Below, piece after piece: positions 10,967 to 24,000 of a stretch of 64,000 bases of DNA. The notes below the pieces were generated by a model, which was not told the origin of the DNA, searched no databases, and was given only the letters and a program-made list of their open reading frames with translations. Every line of letters begins with the position of its first letter. The first letter of the stretch is position 1. The translations under genes and the position numbers were made by a program. Source of the DNA: Chlorokybus atmophyticus (taxonomy: Eukaryota > Plantae > Mesostigma and Chlorokybus algae); contig RHPI01001921.1 of assembly GCA_009103225.1 (NCBI GenBank), forward strand, positions 115,894 through 179,893, given 5' to 3'.

Positions 10967-13900
10967 CCACCATCACGGTGGGCGTAAGGCTTGCCTTCGG
11001 TTCCTCACTTGTCCCAATCTCAAATACAAAGTCCCCTCTTCTCACCCTGGTGCATTCTGCTCCTTTTTGCGTTGGGTGTGTGTCTTGTGGTGTGCGTGCG
11101 TGACGTGCGTGTAGCAGGGCGGGCCAACGGCAGCGGGGCGGGCGGGAGCAGCGGCGTGGGCACCCCAACCGCGGCGGCCGCATCCAAGATGTCTTCGACA
11201 ACAACCAAATCACCGAGCCGCAACCACCTGCGCGCATCGTTGTCAACCAACAGCGCAACCGTCAAAGCTGGCAAAGAGTCGCGAACACACTCGGGTAGGT
11301 GTTGGATTGGTAGGGAAGAGAGAGATGGGGTTGAGATCAGTGGTGGGCATGTGTATCAACTTCACTTTACAGAGGCGGATGTGCTAAGTCGGGTGGCTTC
11401 GCATGCCGCGGAGTGCAGGCTTGGCATCTCACATGATGGCGATGGGGATGGCGACACATATGGTAGGCAATTACCCACGCTCGCACACAGGCGGACACGG
11501 ATGAATGAACACGCATACATTCGCACGCACGCGCGCATGCATTAGTACGTAAATGGTTGGCGCTTTGGCGCATGCCACACATCCCAAACCCCCACGCACC
11601 CATGCATACACGCACAGGCACGCACATGTGCACGCGCATGCATCAGTCTGCAACACGGTTGACAGTCTGAGTATGTATACGACACCTGTCTCTTGTGCGC
11701 CAAGCATTGATTATACATTGTGATCGGCACAGGCTCCTCGTTGCCATCAAGTCCTTCGTCCAAGGGCAAGACCAAGAGCAGAAGCCTCAAAAAGGACGCC
11801 AGCACGCTCTCGCCCAGGTAACAATGAATCTGACTGTCCTATATGACTGTGCTGTGCTTGCAGACGTCCAGTTTGTAGAGTTCAGCATATGCACACAATC
11901 AACACTGTGCACACGTACAGGTCACGTGATGAGGGCGGGCACTCAAGCACCTCTGCCAGCATTGGTAAGGCAGTGTGCTTATGAAGGTTGTACTCATTGC
12001 AGAACCAACAGAAAAGGAGACAACATATTCATGTCAGGTGACCTGAGCCATAAGTGGGGTGAGTTGGGCGCGTCCGACACGCTGAGCACGTGGGCTTCAG
12101 ATCTCTCCAACGGTGGCTGCGACTGGGGTCCATCTGAAGTGATTCGTCCCGCGTGTTCTGCGCCGGCGGGCGAGAGCCTCTTCTGCGTGGAGGACGAGAA
12201 CGCCACTGCCTCCGTCGAGAGCGTCATCAAGTGTTTCACCATCACGGACCCAACGTTGGCGGACAACCCGTGCGTGTACGCTTCCCCCGGGTTTGAAGCT
12301 CTCACGGGTTACACGTGCGAGGAGTTGGCGGGCCGCAACCTCAACTTCATGCAAGGTGCTGAGACCGAGCCTATTGCTGTGGCCGAGCTTCGTGCTGCCG
12401 TGGTTGAGAGAAGACCTGCACATGTGGAGATCACAAACTACCGTAAGGACGGGACCGCGTGGACCAACTTATTGTTTGTCGTGCCCGTCATCGACACCGC
12501 CACGGGCTCGGTTGTACGCTTCGTGGGATGCCACTTTGACTCGTCACGCGGGAAGAACAACAACAACAACAACAAGGACGAGGGCCGCATCGCACGTCTA
12601 CAAGAGTCTGTCTCACGCCACGTGTCGGCCTTCGCTCTCTCCGACACAACACGGCCAGGTTGTCCCGTCACGACCATTAGCCCGGGCTTCGAGTCCCTCA
12701 CCGGCTTTGCGTGTGCGGATGTTACAACGGGACAGTTGGATTGTCTTTGCGTGCGTGCGCCCGCATCATCGGCTTTGCCGGGTGGCTCGGGTGCTGCTGC
12801 TGCACTCGCAGCTATAAAGGCAGCGGTCGGGGCAGGAAGAGCGGGAGGGGAGAAAGTCCTGTGCTGCAGAAAGGATGGCAACCCGTGCTGGCTGTACGTA
12901 ACGGTGGCTCCAATGGTTGACGGGTACGCGTGTGTGTGTGTGCGTGCGTGCGTGTGGGGTTGTGATTGTGGGTGTGCGTACGTGGGATTGCATGCGTGTG
13001 TGCATGCATGTTACTAACATGCATCAGGAGTACTGACGTGTGTGTGTGTGTGTCTGCCAGGTTGTGCATGTTAGTGTGATTCACTCATGGGGAATGCTCT
13101 CAGGGTGGAGACTTGGAAGGTCACGCGGCACCTGTGCATGTACGCGGATGTGACGTCCACGCGCCAGAAGCGCGTGGGGAAGTATCTCTTGGGGCGGGTC
13201 GTTGGCAAAGGAGCGAGCGGGACCGTCCATGTTGGCCGAAACACGCACACGTACGTAGTGTTTATCTCACATGCCAATGGTATGGCACGTGCCACGTACG
13301 CCAAGCAAAACCTTGAGTTGACTCCACAGCAACGAGACGGTGGCTATCAAGGTTATAGACGCCTCGCGCTTCCGCAACGTTTCAGAGATAGATCAGATCA
13401 ACGACGAGGTGTGCGCTTACAGATACAGATATGTACACATGCATGCACGTGCACGTGCACACACACGCACACATACACACACATGTATGCAACTGTTCTG
13501 CGCAGATCCGGATACTGGAAACCATCAAGCACCAGAACATCATTGGGCTGCTTGAGGTGAGTGGATACTCTGAGCGATTGTGACAAGCAAGCGTGATGAC
13601 ACTTCCATATGCGTGTGCAGCTGGTGTACACAAATCAGACGTTCTACTTTGTCATGGACTATGCTTCGGGCGGTTCATTGATGTCCCACATTCAGAAGCA
13701 GCCACTGAAGGTAAGAGAGAAGTGTATGCTTTGTGCCCACGCATGCATGGTTGTGACATGCTCGTGTGTGCATGCTGTCACATTGCAGAGGCTGTCGGAA
13801 GGCGAGGCCAGGCGCGTGTTTCTCCAAATAGTGTCTGCGTTGGACTTTTGCCACCGTCGATTGATCGTTCACAGAGACTTGAAGGTGAGAGAACCAAATC

Positions 13901-15167
13901 AGCAACCTCACTACTTGCAATGCTTTGGGTCACATCCACCATGGTTGTTGGGTTGTGTTTGACCACTCCATCACAGCCGGAGAACCTGCTAATGGACAGC
14001 AACGGCGACGTCAAGATTGCGGATTTCGGGCTCAGCGCCATCATATCACCTTTTGGAGCGTCGCTCGATGTCGCGTGCGGTACTCCCGAGTTCACTGCAC
14101 CCGAGATTATCGCTGGCAAGGAGTAAGTGTGATCCTCATGGCATGTCACGTGTACGTGGACACATAATTTTCTAGTTGACACTCCTTTCTGTGCTCCAGG
14201 TATGATGGTCCTGCGATTGATCTCTGGTCTCTGGGTGTGATCCTGTTCGAGCTGATTGCTGGAAGGCTGCCGTTCCCACAGAGCATGCAGAACGGCCTCT
14301 ACAAAGCCATCTGCGCCGGCGTGTACACGCCTCCCGATTTCATGTGCGTGACACTCGCACTGACCGGGCAGTAAAGCTGTTGCCAGAATTCGTTCATACC
14401 GGTAGTAATGTTAGTGTTTGTCTCTCAGGTCACCAGAGTGCAAGTCGCTGATTTCCAGGCTACTAACAGTGGACCCGCTGAAGAGAGCCACACTGCTCGA
14501 GATACGCTCGCATCCCTGGTACGTGCACGTTGTGGGTGTGCGCACTGATATACAACATCCCCACAAAGGTGAACAGCTCGGGATGCAGTCACTTCAACTC
14601 TGGAGCATCATCCTCTGCTTGTGTCTTGACTCAACTCAGGTGCAACAAAACGGGTGACGATGATGCGGTGGCTGTGCCATCCGCCGAGGACGACGCTCGC
14701 CTGCACAGGGAAGCCAACTTCAATGACGCGCCCGCCAGCAGCGCTGAGGTGTGCATGCGCATCTGCGTGTCCATGTGCATATGCGTGAGTGTGCGCGTGT
14801 ACCTTAGAGGCTGCTGTGTTGTTGATGAGCAGGATGCGCTTACCGGCAAGTACCAGCATCTAACCATCAGGGTTGGCAATGGCGAGACATCGGAGGACAA
14901 GTTTGAGACCACCAGCGCACGCAACTCCCCACACGGTATGGCTCTAGGCCTTGAGAGTGTTGTATCATACGGCTTGTATGTGCTGCTACAAGTCACGCTT
15001 ATGTGGTGATAGAACCCAAGAAGGGCACTCCCAAAGCCAAGAACCACCTAGCAAGCACAATGCCGAATGCCGCTGCATCTTTCAAGCATGGGAGCCCCAA
15101 GCCAAGCTCCCACACTCCAACGCACAAGAAGCACTCTGACTTCCAGTTGCCGCCAGCCCAATACTAA
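10692..15167 (+). CDS. Multi-exon Ser/Thr kinase: disordered N-terminus, two LOV-like PAS domains, CAMK-group (SnRK/AMPK/MARK-like) kinase domain
   Basis: LOV1 12235-12540 reads FTITDPTLADNPCVYASPGFEALTGY..GRNLNFMQG..NYRKDG; a degenerate LOV2 lies at 12630-12920 (..CRKDGNP). Kinase exons give GRVVGKGASGTV, VAIKVID, HRDLK|PEN, DFGLS, ACGTPEFTAPE, YDGPAIDLWSLGVILF and HPW. Intron phases are consistent from ATG 10692 to TAA 15167; the splice model is manual. Confidence 0.85.
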
Positions 15168-15717
15168 CGGGCTTGAAGTACCAATTGCAACATGTAGAGA
15201 AAGAGGCTCCTTTGCCATCGTGCGCTGTTCGTGTGCATATCATAAAAAGGGATACACATTGCGCTTGATGAAGCCAAGTTGTAGTGAGTTGATTCAATGA
15301 GGTTATCATGTAGTTGAGTAAATGGCAAGGGAACTACATCACTATTTGATAATTACATTATCTATCATAAAGTCTTTAAGTAGTTCTTGCAAATTATGCT
15401 CGTGTGCAAGTCGAATATATAGCTATCAAGCTTTGCCTATCATTGCGGGTATAAAGAACGGACTTGCTAAGTTGTGCATTTGCGAGCTGGTACCGCCAAG
15501 TACACAACTAACCAACGCGACAACGATGATGACGACGATGTTGGCGCATTGCGCTTTACATGCGCATGCTTGGAGTGTGCAAGTATAATGGCATTATACA
15601 AAAACTTGATGCAAAACCGGTACAATTGTATTTAACTGCATCGTTGCGTTTTAACCGTCACTGTTGAAATGCATAGTAATATTACAGTTGTTGATCATTA
15701 CTAGTATAAGTGTCAAG

Positions 15718-16023
<306 letters not shown>

Positions 16024-16816
16024 AAGTTCATCCACTTATGCAACCTTTAAAATCAGCATTGCAGCATATATATTGCCGTAATGCATTGAAAATGTATTCA
16101 TACCTTCACAAATGGTTGCAGTTTGTGTCTGGTGTGATATGACATGATGCCTTTTTTTTGAGAGTTATAACATAAGCAATTTGATGCAAAATCATTGTGT
16201 TGGTAACATTACAACGCAGAGAATGTTTCATGTAATTCTATGCACTTGATGAACAAGGATCCCCTTCAGGCGTTAGTCCTTAACCCAGCCTTCGTTAGCT
16301 TCCCCCACCTGTCACTGAACCCCTTTCGAGCGTCCCATCAATGTGTTGTCCTCGTCATACGCCACGTGGCAACCGAACGACGTCGACATCGCACGTGACT
16401 TCGAGCGCGACGTGACCGTCGACAACGGACAGCTACACTGCGCGATTCCAGCCGTCGGCGGTCGACGGTCCGCGAACCTGCAGTCTTTTTTGGGCTTGTG
16501 TGTGGCTTTCTCTCATAGCAGCAGACACGTTTGACCGGAGTGTGAATGCGTGTGTCTGTGCGTGTGTGTGTGTCTCTGTATACGCTTAGCAGCCCAGCCC
16601 CACACCGTCGCCCACGCAGAGGCGCCTGAGGAGGAGCAGGAGGAGGAGGGAGCGAAGGTGGGAAAGAGGGTGGAGAGAGCAGAAGGGAGAATAGAGGAGG
16701 GGAGAAGGGCACAGTAGTGTGTCTGGGTGGACGACGGGGTGAGGGGAGGGGCTGAGGGAGGTGTATACATTGTAAGGGTGAGTTGTGTGTGTGTGTTGCT
16801 GGGTGTTGGGGTTGGG

Positions 16817-18818
16817 ATGGCGGCAGCGACGCCGGGTGGCGCGCAGTCGGAGGGCGGCGGCAGGCAGAGCACGAGCATGAGGCGGCGGCCAAGGGACCTC
16901 AGCCCACTCAAGCACACAACCAGGCTCAAGTCCATGTTTGGATCTCAGGCAAGCACTGGCTCAGTAGCGGGGTTGGAAGCAGCTTGTCTGGGTTGCACCA
17001 CGGGTAGTGACATCATCACATATGTATGTGTGCAGCCGGTGTCGCAGAGGGTGTCGTCCCCGATGTACGGCTTCGGCAGCGCAAGCCGCAGCAACATGCA
17101 GAAGGTGTTCCTCACAAAGGACCACGACAAGTCCAACTATGGCGGCAACAGCCCCGGTACGAGGCTTTGGACAGCAACACCAAGTTATAGTATATTAGCT
17201 GATGGTATCCAATTGCTAACCAAGTGGCACACGCGCAGGCCCCATCTACGACCTGCATTCATCCATTGGCAAACAGAACACCTCACGCAACGAGTCCTCG
17301 CCGCTCTTCAGCTTCGGCACTGCCAATCGCTTTGACAAGGTAAGAACGAGCAACCAGCAAAATAGCGTTTAACCTCCACTTCCGCACAGCATCCATGTTG
17401 TCAACAATAGTCACAAACAAAGGTGAAACTAAGAAACAATCAACACAAGCACACGCGCACCCACACGCGCACACCTATAAACCCATCCCCGTAGCAGGGA
17501 CGACCCGGGACTGGCAGCGCTCCTGGCCCCGGCGCATACGTCACCAAGCCTTCTATTGGCACAGCGGTGAGCAACGACACGCACACACAGTGCGGTTGTG
17601 GTTGCTACTTCTTGTATCTTACATCACGTACAAGCTAGACGACACTATCAAGATGATCCACTCACTGATGTGCCCACCACAATGCAGCAAGCGGAGAGCA
17701 CCACGCGAAGCGCCAGCACGTTCACATTCGGCAGCAGCACGCGGGAACACCAGAAGCACATCTACGTCTCATCCGAGCTCGCAAAGGTAAACTTGACAAG
17801 TCCATTGTGTGTTATATACATAAGTATGACAACATCATAACACACATGTCCACAGGCGGGTTTCGGTCAGAACTCTCCCGGCCCGAGTGCGTACGCCGTT
17901 CGTTCGAGTGTTGGCCCGCAGCTTTCTTCGCGCAACACCAACTCTCCTCAGTGGGCTTTCAGCAGCGCTGATCGCTTTAAGGGCGGTGGTGGTGAGGGTG
18001 TTGCGGGTGCGGGTACGGGTGGCGGCGGGTCCGCTTCCTCACCCACCTCACCCACCATTAGCAAAGCCACGCCCGGCGCGGGACAGTATAATGTTGGGTC
18101 CACGCTAGGCAAGCAAGCTGACAGCAAGAAGGCATCCCTGCCGATGTACTCGTTCGGGTCCTGCGCGCGTGATGCGAGAGCCAAAGTGTACATCTCACCT
18201 GAACATGAGAAGAGCCACTTTGGAGAACACTCACCGGGACCCACATCCGCCAACCCACGATCCTCCATGGTGAGTGTGTGTGAGTGTGCACACAAGTGCA
18301 TTTGTATGTTGTGCATGTTGTGCTGGTTGGCTTGGCAGATGGCGGCATGGATGGAGCATAGTTGTAGTGGTGTCAAGTAGAGTGGCTGTTTGGGTTGGTT
18401 GCTATAAGGACTGATGGGGCATAGTGGTAGTGGTGGTTAAGAGGGTGAGAGAGAGCAACCACACACCCTCTTCTGGGCTCACTTCACAGGGCAAGCAGCC
18501 GGTGTCGAACAAAGGGTCTTCGGCAGCGTGGGCGTTCGGGTCCGGTCCTCGCTTCAACCAACACGCTGCTGCCCTCGCTCCGGGCCCCGGCGCATACGAC
18601 ACATAAAACTCTAAAGCACACTCACTGAAGAAGGAAGGGGAAAGCCACAACCACAACAACCTCAATAACAAAACAACAACAACCACTTTATTCAGGGGGT
18701 GCAAGGTTCCTCTGTCAAGACGTCCGCGGCGGTGTGGGGCTTCGGCACCGCCTCGCGCTTCAACCGAGGTGGCGACGGCAAGGCGACGATGCCCGGCCCG
18801 GGGGCATACGATTTGTGA
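16817..18818 (+). CDS. ODF3/SHIPPO-1 (sperm-tail PG-rich repeat) flagellar protein, multi-exon
   Basis: Repeated units such as SPMYGFGSASR, APGPGAY, NSPGPSAY, TPGAGQYNV, PMYSFGSCAR, PGPGAYDT and PGPGAYDL, distributed over GT-AG exons. The start codon is uncertain. Confidence 0.8.
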
Positions 18819-19332
18819 TGGTGGTGATGATGATGAAGATACTGCTTGTTGATAGACTATGGAACTGATTGATACAAATGTAGCGCGTGAGACGCTGCGC
18901 CAGGCTGAACACATACACCTGCTGACCTATACCTCTACTATTCGCAGTTGTGGCTGGTGATATGCTTGCTTTGCACGCTTTGCACGCTTTGCAAACATGT
19001 TCAAGATATGACCTCCGCTCTCTCCAGTCTCCACAACAAATGCATGCATGCAATGCCATAAACATGCATACCGCTGGATGTGGCTCCAACTCACCAATGT
19101 GCCAACTTTGCAAACGGCAAGCAGCCTGTGCCTGTGATCATTTGGAGTAGGAGAGTTGCAATGAAATTGCAGATGCATAAGAGTCACACCATCAGCACTG
19201 CTGGCATCCCATGTCTGTTTTGAGTAGCGTGTTGCCTTTTGTCCATCCGCACAAACACAGGAACGGTCGGCATGTGCGACCATCTCATCTGTACAAGTTA
19301 CTACTGATACAACTAACCGTTCCACACCATCA

Positions 19333-20712
19333 TTATCGCATGGGCCGGTTCGGCACCACTGGCAATCCAAAATCATCCACCTGCTGCTCAATCACAAAGA
19401 ATAGTAAGAACCCATGCAAGTCAGGCACGCACACACGCACGTATGTATGCATGCACATGCACACGCACGCACACGAACACACAACACACCTCTGCGCTGG
19501 CGGGCTGTGCGATTCGTCCAGCAGGTGCAGCCGGTAGTGCCATTTCCGCTTCATGTGCGCTGCCAACCGGTTCCGGCTGTAGATAGGACGGCACATCCTC
19601 TGCAGCTGCCGAGTCCGATATCATATCCGTCTCAAGTGCATCGAGCTCCCCGAGCAGCTCATCCTCGTCGATGTCCTCGGGCACACCGTACGACCTCCCC
19701 ATCACGTCGTTCATCTCGTTGGCGTAGTCCACGAGGTCGTACATCTCGTCCTGCATCGCCTCGATCTTGTTGATGTTCATCGTCTTCTGGTAACCCTTGA
19801 GGTCCTTGGCCGCAGCCTTCATCGCGGTAAGCTGCTGCTGGGAATCCTTCATTGTTTGCTGCGCAAACGCCACCTGCAGAGAACAAGAGAGAGCATACAA
19901 CACGCACGTGTGTGTATAAGACCCAACATCGACCATAACATACTCAATGTGGTGTATGTGACATGGATGCATGTCAACTTGTAGACCGCTCGAAACATGA
20001 TGATGTCATACCCACACGTGCACGTGCACGCACAAGCACGCCGCATCCGCACACATGCGCGTAGGCTTCATGTGTACAACATAACACAAACCTGTTCGAG
20101 GCCAAACTGCTGGTTGTACAGCTGCTCGCGTTGCCCCTCATACAGTCTCTTCTGCTTGAGCACCTACAGGAGCAGCAAGGAAGGAGTGTCTATGCATGTG
20201 TGAAAGTCTCTTTGCATACTGAAGACGTATGCCCGCGCACCTGCATGGCGCGGCGCTTGACCGCTTCCTGCGCGGGGCCGGGACGTGTGCGCTTGATCTG
20301 CTCGCGATATTGCGCCAGCTGGGCGTCCAGCTTCCGCACCTGACGAAGAGAGAGACGTGTGAGATGACGAACCGAGTGTGCTGTTAACCATGGTGGTGGT
20401 TACGTTGCTGTTTGGAAGCATGTGCAGGTGCAGTTTCGTGCATGCGCCAAGTTGTGCAAGGTGTGCGTTGAGACAGTCTGCAGAAGTGCCATGTTTTTGC
20501 GACGCGTTGCAACGCGAGGTTTGATCTAGCAAGCACGAGTGATTGAGTTTGAGACGTGATTATCCTTGCTTGTCTATATGTGAGCGCTGCTGGTAACTAA
20601 CTGTACGCGCCTTGTCGTCCACGGTGTCCCCGCGAGAGCCAAGCGAGCTGTTTGCATCTTCCAGCGACGGCGGCGGCGCCTTCTCCTTCGCCGCCCCAAA
20701 CAGCCGCTTCAT
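19333..20712 (-). CDS. VPS60: ESCRT-III SNF7-family protein VPS60/CHMP5
   Basis: MKRLFGAAKEKAPPPSLEDA..RGDTVDDK|VRKLDAQL..KRRAM|VLKQKRLYEGQREQLYNQQFGLEQ|..GRSYGVPEDIDEDELLGELDALE..VDDFGLP matches plant VPS60 as recalled. Confidence 0.92.
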
Positions 20713-21075
20713 CTTGGCTGGCCTGCGGCTGGCCTGGTGCCTACACTACCCTGCTGCCCCCTTGCTCGCCACCCCCACACCTTGACGCCAACGCCACAGC
20801 CCTAACCGCACCACGCGCTCAATCAGCTCATTCCTTGACAGCAGCAACCCGCGTAAAGCTGTCTCCCACTCTTCCGCCGCCGCCAGACACCTGCACACCG
20901 CGGCGGCCAACACTGCACCTGCTACTGCCGCGTGTCAGCAGTCAGTTTAGGGTTTGAACGTCAGAAAGGAATAACCACATCGGCTATACGAATATAAAGA
21001 AAGTGTCCGAAAATACACGCTTGCTCTTGCTCAGCTTGCCACGTCGTCACACAAGGAGGAGGAGGGGTTGGTCAC

Positions 21076-24000
21076 GTGACCATGGCGGCGGCGGCGGCGG
21101 CGGGGAGGGTGAGGATGGTGGTGTCGGTGTGGGTGATGATGGCGCTTCTCTTGGGAGTGGCTGCTGGCGTCCGTGGGGTGGATGGGGGCAGCGTGGAAAG
21201 GGAGTACAGGCGTTTCCTAGCGGACCTCACGGATGAGCTCAATGTAACGGTTGGTATGACTTCTGCATACACTGATGCTTTCATTCCCACTACTTTGGAA
21301 ATGTAACTGATCTTTCACAAGAGTCGAGTTTCATTGTGTGATTTGCCAGCGTTTTGCTAAGCAGACCCGAGCACTGCACTATTTGCAGCCTGGACTCATC
21401 AGAACTAAGTCAAAGTTTAATTAACTGAGTTAACTAAGAATATATGACCAAGGTATCAAGATTGAAGGGTTTGGTGTCTTTTGTAATAGAGGAGATAAGC
21501 ACGAGTATCACTATATTATTATATTTGCAGTCACATTTATGTTTACGTGCATGCTAGGCTAGTGGCACAGTGCGATATGTGGGTTTGTCCTCATTATAGT
21601 GTAATCTGAGCGCAGAAAGGCAGCAGTTGTGCATGCATGCATCTGTCAGGATGCTGCCATCTCACTATTCGCATAAACCCTTGTGTATTGACCCTTGCTG
21701 CCACCTCTCCCGCCCCCACCTTTTGCCCCACAGTCAGTAGTCGCCCGCACCTCACTCTCACAATGCACACCTTCATGCACGTTTACACAAAACACCCACA
21801 CACTCACACACTTTTGGTCTGTCTCATTCACATGCACAAATATACATGCCCGCCCGCGCAAATGCACACGCACGCACAAACAAGCAAACAGACACGTAAT
21901 TGCAGGTGACCTCTCCTCCTCCTCCTCCTCCTCCTCCTCCCCCTCCCACTCCACCACCACCTCCTCCCTCTCCCCCTCCCTCTCCCTCTCNNNNNNNNNN
22001 NNNNNNNNNNNNNNNNNNNNNNNNNNNNNNNNNNNNNNNNNNNNNNNNNNNNNNNNNNNNNNNNNNNNNNNNNNNNNNNNNNNNNNNNNNNNNNNNNNNN
22101 NNNNNNNNNNNNNNNNNNNNNNNNNNNNNNNNNNNNNNNNNNNNNNNNNNNNNNNNNNNNNNNNNNNNNNNNNNNNNNNNNNNNNNNNNNNNNNNNNNNN
22201 NNNNNNNNNNNNNNNNNNNNNNNNNNNNNNNNNNNNNNNNNNNNNNNNNNNNNNNNNNNNNNNNNNNNNNNNNNNNNNNNNNNNNNNNNNNNNNNNNNNN
22301 NNNNNNNNNNNNNNNNNNNNNNNNNNNNNNNNNNNNNNNNNNNNNNNNNNNNNNNNNNNNNNNNNNNNNNNNNNNNNNNNNNNNNNNNNNNNNNNNNNNN
22401 NNNNNNNNNNNNNNNNNNNNNNNNNNNNNNNNNNNNNNNNNNNNNNNNNNNNNNNNNNNNNNNNNNNNNNNNNNNNNNNNNNNNNNNNNNNNNNNNNNNN
22501 NNNNNNNNNNNNNNNNNNNNNNNNNNNNNNNNNNNNNNNNNNNNNNNNNNNNNNNNNNNNNNNNNNNNNNNNNNNNNNNNNNNNNNNNNNNNNNNNNNNN
22601 NNNNNNNNNNNNNNNNNNNNNNNNNNNNNNNNNNNNNNNNNNNNNNNNNNNNNNNNNNNNNNNNNNNNNNNNNNNNNNNNNNNNNNNNNNNNNNNNNNNN
22701 NNNNNNNNNNNNNNNNNNNNNNNNNNNNNNNNNNNNNNNNNNNNNNNNNNNNNNNNNNNNNNNNNNNNNNNNNNNNNNNNNNNNNNNNNNNNNNNNNNNN
22801 NNNNNNNNNNNNNNNNNNNNNNNNNNNNNNNNNNNNNNNNNNNCCCCACCCCCACCCCCACCCCCAGCCACAGCAACACCACCCACATCAACCCCAGGGT
22901 GTCCGACTAACACCCTGTGCGAGAGCGGGTGGGTGACAAGGTTGGACTCGCCATGCGTGTGCGTGCAACCCAGTATCACAGTCCAGCTGAAACTAGACTC
23001 CAGCTTCGCTGCCTTCACTGCGCCGGGCAAGCAAGCTTTGTTCGTATCCAATGTTGCTGCCGCGTGCTCGGTGCAAACCCAACAGATTGACATACTCTCC
23101 GTGCGGGCCGGGTCCGTGTACGTCACCTTTGGGGTGAAGCCGTTGACGGGTGAGTATCTGTCGGCGTCGAGCGTGGCGGACATATCGAGAGTGTTTGTCA
23201 CGGGGACGGCCGTGTTGGATCCGTCGTTCGGGAGCTATACGGTGGTTGTCACGCCGACGACAATGGCACCGCCGCCACCTCCGCCCACTGGTGATGTCAA
23301 GAAGTCATCCAAGAACAAGGTGGTTGTCATTGCGGCGGCGGCGGGTGGCGGGTCCCTGCTCATCCTTTCTGGTGAGTGTGCGCGTGCGCTTGCTCTGTAT
23401 GTACATGGGTAGGCACATATGCACGTATGTTCGTGTATGTGTGTGCATGCGCGCACGCGTGCGTGCGTGCGTGTGCATATGTGTGTGTGCGTGCGTGCAT
23501 GTGTGGATGTGTCCGATTGTCTCACCCACCCTCGTTCCCCACTCTCTCACCCGCTCGCTTACTTACTTCTCATCCGCCCTGCAGCGGTGATCTGCTACTG
23601 CATCCACCGCAAGCGTGCCAGGGAGGACAGCGAAGAAAAGGACGACCTACCTGTGCCACCAATCGCACCATCATCATCCGCACCCCCACCCCCACCAGCA
23701 CCAACCCGCCCTTCACCCGCACTCGCATCATCCTCAATGTCCACGCACGGCGCCCCACCTCCGCCACGTCCTCCGTCGCGCGTGCCCTCAAACCCGTCGT
23801 TAGCCCCCCCGACACCCGTATCACCCGCACTCTCAACCACGGGAAGCATCTCCTCCCCCATGTCAACAAAAGGAGGAGTGTTAGGAGTAGAGAGAGGCTC
23901 TTTGTCTCTGCGCTTCTTCCGGTTCGAAGAGTTGGAATCAGCCACGGGTCGGTTCTCACCCTCGGCGTGTTTGGGTCAGGGCGGGTCGGGTACGGTATAC

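Noticed and set aside
10692-15167. Calling the LOV kinase phototropin
   Set aside because: The kinase motifs are CAMK-type, lacking the AGC-VIII DFD motif and insertion, and the photoactive Cys is absent.
21358-21405. DPSTALFAAW as an LRR N-cap exon of the RLK
   Set aside because: An in-frame TAA follows and no consistent splice model could be built.
21695-23201. Long ORFs of 336-457 aa across the gap; similar ORFs at 46804-47861 and 54769-55187
   Set aside because: Their length comes from N runs.
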